Below are positions 16,061 to 24,021 of a stretch of DNA of 32,000 bases, piece by piece. This stretch comes from Betaproteobacteria bacterium (GTDB taxonomy: Bacteria; Pseudomonadota; Gammaproteobacteria; Burkholderiales; SG8-41). The notes under the pieces were generated by a model. The model was not told the DNA's origin, did no database searches, and saw only the letters and a program-made list of their open reading frames with translations. Every line of letters begins with the position of its first letter. Position 1 is the stretch's first letter. The stretch spans positions 51,146 through 83,145 of the forward strand of contig JAKFUS010000034.1 in NCBI GenBank assembly GCA_021732605.1. The letters are read 5' to 3'. The position numbers and the translations under genes were made by a program.

Positions 16061-17041
16061 ATGAATAAACCCATGAATAAAACAATGATGCACGAACTGA
16101 TGCTGGCTGCGGGCCTGCTGGCGATATTTGTGGCGCCCGTGCATGGCGCGGCCTATCCCGAGAGACCGGTACGCGTCGTGGTGCCGTTTGCTGCGGGCGG
16201 ACCGGCGGATTTTGTCGCACGGCTGATCGGGCAGAAGTTATCCGAAACCTGGAAACAACCGGTCGTCATCGATAATCGCGGCGGTGCCGGTGGCAATCTC
16301 GGCACCGTGCTGGCGGCTCAGGCACAGGGCGACGGTTACACACTGCTGCTGACGACGTCCGTGTTCATCAGCAATCCCAGCCTTTACAAAAAAACCGGCT
16401 ACGATCCATTCAAGGATTTTGCGCCCATCACGCTGACCGCCGTTTCGGCCACCGCGGTGTCACGCCATCCCTCGTACGGCGCAGTCAACACGATGAAAGA
16501 CCTTGTTCAGCAGTCCAAGGCGGCGCCTGTGTCGTATGCGTCGCCAGGCATCGGCACAGCAGGTCATCTGGCGGCGGAATTGTTCCGCAACATCACCGGC
16601 GCCAACGTCCAGCAGGTGCCGTACAAGGGTGCGGGCCCGGCGATGACCGGCTTGCTCAGCGGGGAAGTGCGGTTGGGCTTTACGGCCGTGCCGCCGGTCA
16701 TTGTTCTGTCCAAGTCGGGCAAGCTGGTGCCGATCGCGGTGACCAGCAGCAAACGTCTCGACGTACTGCCCAACGTGCCGACGGTGGCCGAGAGTTATCC
16801 GGGTTTCGAAGTCGACAACATGTACGGCCTGCTGGTGCCGAAGGCGACACCAGCAGCCCTGGTGCGCAAGATCAATGCCGACACGCTTGCGGCGCTCAAG
16901 ACGCCGGACTTGCGCCAGCGTTTTGCGCAGGATGCCTTCGAGATGCGCGGCAATTCCCCCGAGGAATTCACCCAGTACCTGCGCAGCGAATTCACCAAAT
17001 GGGCGAAGGTGATCAAGGATTCGGGCGCGCAGGTTGACTGA
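16061..17041 (+). CDS. Bug/TctC-family substrate-binding protein (copy 9)
   Basis: ORF-track start 16019 lies in the repeat region. AGGAGGGG (16049-56) precedes ATG 16061. Signal peptide MNKPMNKTMMHELMLAAGLLAIFVAPVHG. Blocks RPVRVVVPFAAGGPAD, IDNRGGAGGNLG, GDGYTLLL, VQQVPYKGAGPA. Confidence 0.9.
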   Translation: MNKPMNKTMMHELMLAAGLLAIFVAPVHGAAYPERPVRVVVPFAAGGPADFVARLIGQKLSETWKQPVVIDNRGGAGGNLGTVLAAQAQGDGYTLLLTTSVFISNPSLYKKTGYDPFKDFAPITLTAVSATAVSRHPSYGAVNTMKDLVQQSKAAPVSYASPGIGTAGHLAAELFRNITGANVQQVPYKGAGPAMTGLLSGEVRLGFTAVPPVIVLSKSGKLVPIAVTSSKRLDVLPNVPTVAESYPGFEVDNMYGLLVPKATPAALVRKINADTLAALKTPDLRQRFAQDAFEMRGNSPEEFTQYLRSEFTKWAKVIKDSGAQVD

Positions 17042-17070
17042 TTTCGCGCTGCAGCGCGTGATGTAGGAAA

Positions 17071-17760
17071 ATGCGTCCTGTCTCAACCATTCCCCAACCA
17101 TCTCCCCGGCTGCCCGTGAAAACCCTGCAACATCTGTTTGACAGCAACCATGCCTGGTCCGAGCGCATCCGCCGCCAGGATCCGGAGTTTTTCCAGAAAC
17201 TCGCACGTCAGCAGTCGCCGCAGTATCTGTGGATCGGCTGTTCCGACAGCCGCGTCCCCGCCAATGAAATCGTCGATCTGCTGCCCGGCGAGCTGTTCGT
17301 CCATCGCAATGTCGCCAATGTCGTCACCCACACCGATCTCAACTGCCTGTCGGTGATCCAGTTCGCGGTCGATGTGTTGAAGGTGAAACACGTCATTGTG
17401 GTCGGTCATTACGGCTGCAGCGGTGTGGTTGCTGCGCTGCGCGGCGACCGCATCGGGTTGAGCGACAACTGGCTGCGCCATGTGCAGGATGTGCGGCAGA
17501 AACACGAATCGCGCCTGCTCAAGCGTGCCGACGCCACGGGCCGCGCCGACCTGCTGTGTGAACTGAATGTCATCGAGCAGGCGGTCAACGTCTGTCAGAC
17601 CACCATCGTGCGCGATGCTTGGGAGCGCGGCCAGCCACTGCAGGTGCACGGCTGGGTCTACGGATTGAAGGACGGCCTGGTCCGGGACACGAATTTCAGC
17701 GTCACCGGACCGGATGAAGCGGCGGCGATCTACGAGTCGGCGCTGTCCGGATTATCCTGA
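17071..17760 (+). CDS. can: beta-class carbonic anhydrase
   Basis: 229 aa. Zinc-ligand motifs WIGCSDSRVP and VVGHYGCSGV, plus FVHRNVANV, typical of Can/CynT-type beta-carbonic anhydrases. Confidence 0.9.
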   Translation: MRPVSTIPQPSPRLPVKTLQHLFDSNHAWSERIRRQDPEFFQKLARQQSPQYLWIGCSDSRVPANEIVDLLPGELFVHRNVANVVTHTDLNCLSVIQFAVDVLKVKHVIVVGHYGCSGVVAALRGDRIGLSDNWLRHVQDVRQKHESRLLKRADATGRADLLCELNVIEQAVNVCQTTIVRDAWERGQPLQVHGWVYGLKDGLVRDTNFSVTGPDEAAAIYESALSGLS

Positions 17761-17774
17761 CCCCGAAAGGGTGT

Positions 17775-18836
17775 TCAGGTGCCCGCTAGCTTTTTGCGGG
17801 CGGTCCTGATTATCCTGCTGATCGCCTGGGTTGTACCACCCCAGGTCGGCGCGTATGCGGCTTTGCGGCCCACGCCACCGGCGACAACAATCATCAGATC
17901 GTCGGGCTTTTCCGCGACACGGATGATGCCGGCGGAGGCATCGGGCGCTGCAGACATGCGGCGCACGCGCATTGCAGGCGCCAGTTTTTCCACGGGCAGC
18001 GTTGCGCGTTCCCAGATCGCTGCTTTCGCTTGTTGCTTGGTGTAGCCCTCATTGTGAAATTGAGCTGCCCATTCCGGCGGCAGGATACACAGCGGTTCAC
18101 CGCCACCCAGCAGACCCGAGCCACCGGCGACGCCCGCGATCAGCATCGATTGCGCGAAAGTCTGCGCCATGTCACTGGCATTGGGGCTGCCGGAATCGTT
18201 GACTTCGACGGTACCGGCAATGCCGACTACAGTGACCACACTCGCATCTTCTGAAAATCCGCGCTCGACGTGCAGCGGCGGCCACGGACTCTCCGCGACA
18301 TTCTCGCCAAAACAGCAGGCGTATTTCGCCGGTTGTCCCAGTGTCGCCATGTCGACTTCGCCCGGTCTGGCGCCGCCGATGTTCTGCAGGATCAGCGTCA
18401 TCGCGCGGCCGATGGTGGCGTTGGCGCGATGGCCCGGTCCCAGCGCGTTGTTCCCGGCATTGAGTCCGATGTGGTCTGCGATCGGGCCGTTGACGATGTA
18501 GATCGGCGCGGCGGATCCTGTTGTAGTGGCGATGCCCACCAGGTTGAAATTCATGTCAGACAACGCTTCAACCGCGGCAACCAGCACCGGCAGGTATTCC
18601 GCTTTGCAGCCGGCCATTACCGCGCAGATGGCGATATCGCCGGCGGTGGCGCTTGCGAAACCCGGCGGCAGCACCGCAATTTCCTCCTCAGGATAGTAGC
18701 TGTTGTGCGTGAGCATGGCGGCTACGCGTTCGGCATCCGGCGGCACGACCGGCAGGCCGTCGGTCAGATACGTTGCGTGGAGTTCCTGCTGAATGGACTC
18801 CCAGGCAGCGTCGTGCGGGCCGCGCCAGATTTTCAT
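17775..18836 (-). CDS. conserved hypothetical protein, 353 aa (no family recognised)
   Basis: Last gene of the minus-strand operon, 21 nt after the upstream stop. Coding-like composition throughout. Conserved-looking blocks YLTDGLPVVPP, IAICAVMAGCKAEYLPVLVAAVEA, GIATTTGSAAPIYIVNGPI, GPGHRANATIGRAMTLILQNIGGARPGEVD, GQPAKYACCFGEN. No signal peptide, TM segment or cofactor motif that I can name. Confidence 0.7.
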   Translation of the reverse strand: MKIWRGPHDAAWESIQQELHATYLTDGLPVVPPDAERVAAMLTHNSYYPEEEIAVLPPGFASATAGDIAICAVMAGCKAEYLPVLVAAVEALSDMNFNLVGIATTTGSAAPIYIVNGPIADHIGLNAGNNALGPGHRANATIGRAMTLILQNIGGARPGEVDMATLGQPAKYACCFGENVAESPWPPLHVERGFSEDASVVTVVGIAGTVEVNDSGSPNASDMAQTFAQSMLIAGVAGGSGLLGGGEPLCILPPEWAAQFHNEGYTKQQAKAAIWERATLPVEKLAPAMRVRRMSAAPDASAGIIRVAEKPDDLMIVVAGGVGRKAAYAPTWGGTTQAISRIIRTARKKLAGT

Positions 18837-18857
18837 GGGCAGGGTGGGTTCAGAGTT

Positions 18858-19754
18858 TTATTTTCCGAGAAATTTATTCATCTCGGTGTGATCGGACGCA
18901 AATCCCATCTCTTTTTCCATAGCGCTCCATACCTCGGCGGTAGGCTTTGCGAACCGGGTCGAGGTCTGCATCGCCTCGGCGATTTCCAGGGCAGTGCGCA
19001 CATCCTTCGCCATCAGGCCGGCGGAAAATCCCGCGTTGTAAGTACCGGAAATCATGTATTGCCTGCATTTGTTTTTGGTGGTGTTGTTCATGCCGCTCGA
19101 CGTGTTGATGATGTCGACAATCACGTTGGGATCAATGCCGAAGGCCTGGCCGGCGTGCATGGCTTCACAGGCGGCGATCAGACCGGCGGCAGACACATAG
19201 TTGTTGAGCGCTTTGATTGCGTGGCCGGCGCCCAGCGGGCCAGCGTGGTAAATCTGGCTGCCCATTTTTTCGAGCATGGGTTTCACACGTTCAAAAATGT
19301 TGCGCTCGCCGCCGACCATGATCGACAGTGTCGCTGCGACTGCACCTTTGACGCCGTTCGATACCGGCGCATCGATGAGCTGCAGCTTGCGCTGTTCCAG
19401 CAGCGCGCCCAACTCGCGCGTACCCATCGGCGATGACGAGCTCATGTCGATGATCAACGTGTTTTTTGCCGCACGCTCCAACAGGCAGTCTTTGAAACTG
19501 TCGTTGCTGCCGCACAAGGCCGCGCGCACGGCTTTGCCGTCGGGCAGCATGGTGATCAGGATGTTGGCTGCAGCGCCGAGTTCGGCGAGACTTTTTGCAA
19601 CGCTCACGCCATTCGTGCCGGCCAATGCCGCAGTGCGCGCGGCATCGAGGTCGTACACCAGCAGTTTGTAACCGGCGCGCGCGAGGTTGCCGGCCATCGG
19701 GGCGCCCATCGCGCCGATGCCGACGAAGCCAATTACATCAGTAGAGGGAGGCAT
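18858..19754 (-). CDS. NAD(P)-dependent 3-hydroxyisobutyrate/6-phosphogluconate-dehydrogenase-family oxidoreductase
   Basis: 298 aa. N-terminal Rossmann motif IGFVGIGAMGAPMAGNLARAGYKLLVYD, then DAPVSNG and GAGHAIKALNN, typical of the HIBADH / tartronate-semialdehyde-reductase family. Confidence 0.85.
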   Translation of the reverse strand: MPPSTDVIGFVGIGAMGAPMAGNLARAGYKLLVYDLDAARTAALAGTNGVSVAKSLAELGAAANILITMLPDGKAVRAALCGSNDSFKDCLLERAAKNTLIIDMSSSSPMGTRELGALLEQRKLQLIDAPVSNGVKGAVAATLSIMVGGERNIFERVKPMLEKMGSQIYHAGPLGAGHAIKALNNYVSAAGLIAACEAMHAGQAFGIDPNVIVDIINTSSGMNNTTKNKCRQYMISGTYNAGFSAGLMAKDVRTALEIAEAMQTSTRFAKPTAEVWSAMEKEMGFASDHTEMNKFLGK

Positions 19755-19783
19755 AAATTATCAATAAAAACAAATACTTAAAA

Positions 19784-20740
19784 TTACATTGGCAATTCAG
19801 TGCCGACCTTGCGGCTGCGCGCGAGTTCGACCAGTTTCGCCGCAGTGTAGATGTCCTGGATGCCCATGCCGTGTGATTCGTAGAGGGTGATGTCGTCCTT
19901 GCTGATGCGGCCCGCCATGCGGCCGGCGATGACTTCGCCGATTTCCGTCAGTGTTTCCCAGTTGATGCGGCCGGTTTCTGCGGCGGCGATCAGGTCGCCG
20001 CATTCATTTCGCGCGGTGCCGCGCGAATCAACGGTGATCAGCGTGGCGCGTTGCACGGTCTTGGCGTCGATCTCGCGCCGCGACAGGGCGTTGGATCCTG
20101 CGGCATTGACATGTTGACCGGGCTGCAGCCAGTCGCCGTCGATCACTGGTGTTGCCGATTTGGTCATGATGTTGACCACTTGCGCACCGCTGATCGCTTC
20201 GGGTGCCGAGGCCGCGGCAAGCACCGGAATGCCGAGTTTTTCAGTCATTTTTTTACACCAGGCTTCAAGTTTGTCCCGGGTGCGCGCATAAACCCGCGCT
20301 TCGCGGATGTTCAGCGCCTTGACCACCGCTTCGAGCTGGCCCATGCCCTGATAACCGGCACCGAGTTGCGCCAGCACGTTGGCGCCTGGATTGGCGAGGT
20401 ATTTGGCCGCAACACCACTGGCGGCACCGGTGCGGGTCATGCCCAGTAATACGGCCTCAATGATGGCTTCGAGTTTTCCGGTTTTCATGTTGATCAGATG
20501 CACATAGGTGGCGGAACGCTGACCCGGCACCGTGTAGTAGTACTTGAAGCCGGTATAGCCGAGTTCCGGGGCGCAGGCCTGCAGCACATGCTGGATGCCC
20601 GCAGGCGTCTGGATCCGCGCCCGCGGCATGTCGATGGCCAGCCCCAGCGCACGGTCTTTCAGCGCACGCTCGACCTGTGTCAGTGCAATATCCATCGTCA
20701 GCAATTGCTGAACGTCCGCTTCGTTGAGGAAAAGCACCAT
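19784..20740 (-). CDS. ornithine cyclodeaminase / mu-crystallin-family protein
   Basis: 318 aa. MVLFLNEADVQQLL..., FKYYYTVPG, dinucleotide motif LAQLGAGYQGMGQLEAV, and C-terminal TLYESHGMGIQD, typical of the OCD/ketimine-reductase family. Confidence 0.85.
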   Translation of the reverse strand: MVLFLNEADVQQLLTMDIALTQVERALKDRALGLAIDMPRARIQTPAGIQHVLQACAPELGYTGFKYYYTVPGQRSATYVHLINMKTGKLEAIIEAVLLGMTRTGAASGVAAKYLANPGANVLAQLGAGYQGMGQLEAVVKALNIREARVYARTRDKLEAWCKKMTEKLGIPVLAAASAPEAISGAQVVNIMTKSATPVIDGDWLQPGQHVNAAGSNALSRREIDAKTVQRATLITVDSRGTARNECGDLIAAAETGRINWETLTEIGEVIAGRMAGRISKDDITLYESHGMGIQDIYTAAKLVELARSRKVGTELPM

Positions 20741-20748
20741 GTCGAATC

Positions 20749-22446
20749 CTATTTTTTCTGTGATTTTTTTGCTTCGGCGCGGATCGCCGACAGCGTGGTG
20801 CGTGGCGAGATCGCCTCCGGATCGATACGCAGCTCCAGCAGCGATGCGGTTTTTGCCGACCAGGCACGCTCAAAGGCGGCTTCGAAATCTTCGGTCTTTT
20901 CGACGATCTCGCCGTGCAGTCCGTAAGCACGGGCCAGTGCGGCGAAGTCCGGATTTTTCAACAGTGTGCCGCTGACGCGCTCCGGGAAATCCCGCTCCTG
21001 GTGCATGCGGATGGTGCCGAACATGCCGTTGTTGACGACGATGAAAATCACCCGCGCGTCATATTGCGCAGCAGTCGCCAGTTCCTGGCCGTTCATCAGG
21101 AAGCAGCCGTCACCGGAGAACGAAATCACCGGACGTTTGGGATGGGTGATTTTTGCGGCGACGCCTGAGGGCACGCCGTAACCCATCGCGCCGCTGGTCG
21201 GGGCGAGCTGGGTGCGGAAGCCGGGGTAGGAATAGAAGCGGTGCACCCAGACCGCGAAATTGCCGGCGCCATTTGTCACGATGGTTTCCGCCGGCAGGCG
21301 TTTGCGCAGGTAGACCATCACCTCACTCATGTTGAGCTTGCCCGGCGTCTTGACCGGCTGCTGCCAGGCTTCGAGGTCGGCGCGTGCTTCTTTTGTCCAG
21401 GCATCCCAGGCGGGTTTAACGGGCGCCAGTTTTTTCGCCGCCGCTGCAAATTCCGGCATGCCGCTGTTGATCAACAGCTCGCCCTGATAGACGCGGCCGA
21501 GCTCTTCGGCGCCGGCATGCACATGCACCAGCTTCTGCGCGGGGCGGGGGATGTCGAACAGCGTGTAATTGGCGGTGGTCCATTCACCGAGCCTTGCGCC
21601 GACGACCAGCATCAGGTCGCAGGTCTTGATGCGTTCCGCGAGTTTCGGATTGAGGCCCACCGAAACGTCGCCGACGTAATGCGCATCACGGTTATCGACC
21701 AGGTCCTGACAACGGAACGAGGCGCACACCGGCAGGTTGAAGGCGCGGGCAAAGGCAAGGATGTCTTCGCTGGCTTGCTTGTTCCAGCCGCCGCCACCGA
21801 CCATCATCAGCGGTTTTTTTGCCTTGCCCAGCAGGTCGCGCAGCTTGTGCATGTCGAACTCGCCGGGATTCGCCGCGACACGCTGGTAACGGCCGGCGTT
21901 CGAGGCCGGCGCCATGTCCATCTGCATGTCTTCGGGCAGTGCCAGCACCACCGGGCCGGGTCGGCCCGAGGTTGCGACATGGAAGGCATGGCTGATGTAT
22001 TCGGCGACGCGGTCGGCGCGGTCGATCTGCGCGACCCATTTGCACATCGGTCCGAACATGCGGCGGAAGTCGATTTCCTGGAAAGCCTCGCGTTCAACGA
22101 CATCGTTGCCGACTTGGCCGATGAACAGGATCATTGGCGTTGAGTCTTGAAAAGCAGTGTGCACGCCGATTGAAGCGTTGGTGGCGCCCGGACCACGGGT
22201 AACGAAAGCGATGCCCGGCTGTCCGGTCAGTTTGCCGTAGGCATCGGCCATGTTGGTGACGCCGCCTTCCTGGCGGCAGATGATGAAATTGAATTCATCG
22301 CTGCGTTCGTAGATTGCATCCAGCACCGCAAGATAGGATTCGCCGGGCACGCCGAAACCGACACTGGCACCATGGGTGATCAGGGAATCAACAAGGATTT
22401 GCGCGCCGGTCTGCAGCAGCGGGCGGGTGGCGGATTTGGCCGTCAT
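20749..22446 (-). CDS. thiamine-diphosphate-dependent enzyme (acetolactate-synthase-like large-subunit family)
   Basis: 565 aa. N-terminal Pyr domain (GAQILVDSLITHGASVGFGVPGESYL, RQEGGVTNMADAYGK). C-terminal ThDP motif GDGCFLMNGQELATA...VVNNGMFGT. No small regulatory subunit gene is adjacent. Confidence 0.88.
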   Translation of the reverse strand: MTAKSATRPLLQTGAQILVDSLITHGASVGFGVPGESYLAVLDAIYERSDEFNFIICRQEGGVTNMADAYGKLTGQPGIAFVTRGPGATNASIGVHTAFQDSTPMILFIGQVGNDVVEREAFQEIDFRRMFGPMCKWVAQIDRADRVAEYISHAFHVATSGRPGPVVLALPEDMQMDMAPASNAGRYQRVAANPGEFDMHKLRDLLGKAKKPLMMVGGGGWNKQASEDILAFARAFNLPVCASFRCQDLVDNRDAHYVGDVSVGLNPKLAERIKTCDLMLVVGARLGEWTTANYTLFDIPRPAQKLVHVHAGAEELGRVYQGELLINSGMPEFAAAAKKLAPVKPAWDAWTKEARADLEAWQQPVKTPGKLNMSEVMVYLRKRLPAETIVTNGAGNFAVWVHRFYSYPGFRTQLAPTSGAMGYGVPSGVAAKITHPKRPVISFSGDGCFLMNGQELATAAQYDARVIFIVVNNGMFGTIRMHQERDFPERVSGTLLKNPDFAALARAYGLHGEIVEKTEDFEAAFERAWSAKTASLLELRIDPEAISPRTTLSAIRAEAKKSQKK

Positions 22447-22567
22447 GGGGTGCGTTCCTGTACCGATTTATTTGGGGTGGTGCGGGGAGGCGAAAGCCTA
22501 TCACGTTCGCGGCGTTCACGACCGCTATACTGCAGGCAAAACCTGCGCAGGCGGGGAGGAGCAAGCG

Positions 22568-23995
22568 ATGCATGAATTCATAAAATGGACTGCCGTTGAA
22601 GCGGTCGCGCGCCTCCGCAGTGGAGACGTAACACCGCTGGAACTGATTGATGCTGCCGAAGCGCGTATTGCCGAAACCAATCCGCGCATCAACGCCATGG
22701 TCACGCTGTGTTTCGACCGCGCGCGGACACAGGCGCGGCGGCTGATGCAGCACCAGCGCGCCGATCATCCGGCAGCCTTTCTCCATGGCCTGCCGATTGC
22801 GGTCAAGGACAATACCGACGTCGAAGGCGTGCGTGGCACCTCCGGTTCGCGGGTGTATGAAAATCGCATTGCGCCGGCCTCGGACCCGGTGGTGCGCCGC
22901 CTCGAAGCGCATGGCGCCATCGTCATCGGTAAAACCAACCTGCCGGAGTTCGCCGCCGGCGGCAACACCTTTAATGACGTATTCGGTGCAACGCGCAATC
23001 CCTGGAATACGCGCATGAGCGCCAGCGGTTCCTCCGGCGGCAGCGCGGCGGCGCTGGCCGCAGGCCAGGTGTGGCTGGCCACAGGCAATGACTTCGGTGG
23101 CAGCATTCGCACACCGGCGGCCTTCTGTTCGGTCAGCGGGCTGCGCCCCAGCCCGGGCATGGTGGCACGCATCCAGAAACAGCCGTTCAATCCGCTGTCG
23201 GTCGAAGGACCGATGGCGCGCACCGTGAATGATGTGGCGCTGATGTTCGACGCCGCGGCCGGATTCGACGCGCGCGACCCGCTGTCACCGCACGGACCGC
23301 TGCCGTCATTCGCGCAGGCCGCGGCGCGGCCAGAGAAGCCACTGCGTATCGCCATCAGCGCCGACTTGGGCATTGCACCCGTCGTCGATCGCGAAGTGCG
23401 TGGTGTGCTGGACGCGGTTGGCGGAAAACTGGCAGCCGACGGTGTTGAGGTCGAGTACACGCATCCCGACCTCAGCGACGCCGGTAAAAATTTCCTGATA
23501 TTGCGCGGTGCCGTCTACATCGCGCGTGTCGCGCCCTTGCTCAAACAATACCGCGATGTGCTGAAACCGGAAGTGGTGGAGAACGCTGAATTCGGTCTGA
23601 ATCTGAAATTGACTGACGTGGTCGCAGCCGAAATCGCACAAGGCGAAATCATCCGTCGTGCCGCGACATTTTTTGAGAATTACGACGCGCTGATCTGCCC
23701 GGCAACACTGTGTCCGCCGTTTGACGTCGATTGGCGCTATCCCGCAAGCTGGGACGGTGTGGCGTTTGACGGTTACATGGGTTGGCTGGTGCTGACGTAT
23801 GCGCTGACCATGACCGCCTGCCCGATACTGGCGATTCCCGGCGGATTTACCGCAGATGGTTTGCCGGTGGGCCTGCAGATTGTCGGCAAACCGCGCGGAG
23901 AAGCGGCCCTGTTCAGGCATGCGGCGTACCTGGAACAACTGCTGGCGGTTGCGCCGCAGACGCCAATTGATCCCAGACTTCCTGAACAACACTGA
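22568..23995 (+). CDS. amidase (amidase-signature family)
   Basis: ORF-track start 22376 overlaps the divergent ThDP gene. GGGGAGGAG lies 6 nt before ATG 22568; 475 aa. LPIAVKDN (catalytic Lys) and the signature SASGSSGGSAAALAAG...GNDFGGSIRTPAAFC. Confidence 0.9.
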   Translation: MHEFIKWTAVEAVARLRSGDVTPLELIDAAEARIAETNPRINAMVTLCFDRARTQARRLMQHQRADHPAAFLHGLPIAVKDNTDVEGVRGTSGSRVYENRIAPASDPVVRRLEAHGAIVIGKTNLPEFAAGGNTFNDVFGATRNPWNTRMSASGSSGGSAAALAAGQVWLATGNDFGGSIRTPAAFCSVSGLRPSPGMVARIQKQPFNPLSVEGPMARTVNDVALMFDAAAGFDARDPLSPHGPLPSFAQAAARPEKPLRIAISADLGIAPVVDREVRGVLDAVGGKLAADGVEVEYTHPDLSDAGKNFLILRGAVYIARVAPLLKQYRDVLKPEVVENAEFGLNLKLTDVVAAEIAQGEIIRRAATFFENYDALICPATLCPPFDVDWRYPASWDGVAFDGYMGWLVLTYALTMTACPILAIPGGFTADGLPVGLQIVGKPRGEAALFRHAAYLEQLLAVAPQTPIDPRLPEQH

Positions 23996-24021
23996 AAGTT
24001 GCTGGACGCGGTAGGTCGGGG

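Noticed and set aside
14612-16144. 510-aa minus-strand ORF antisense to the TarD-like gene
   Set aside because: Same shadow-ORF composition (R/H/Q-rich). The sense strand has complete enolase-superfamily catalytic motifs.
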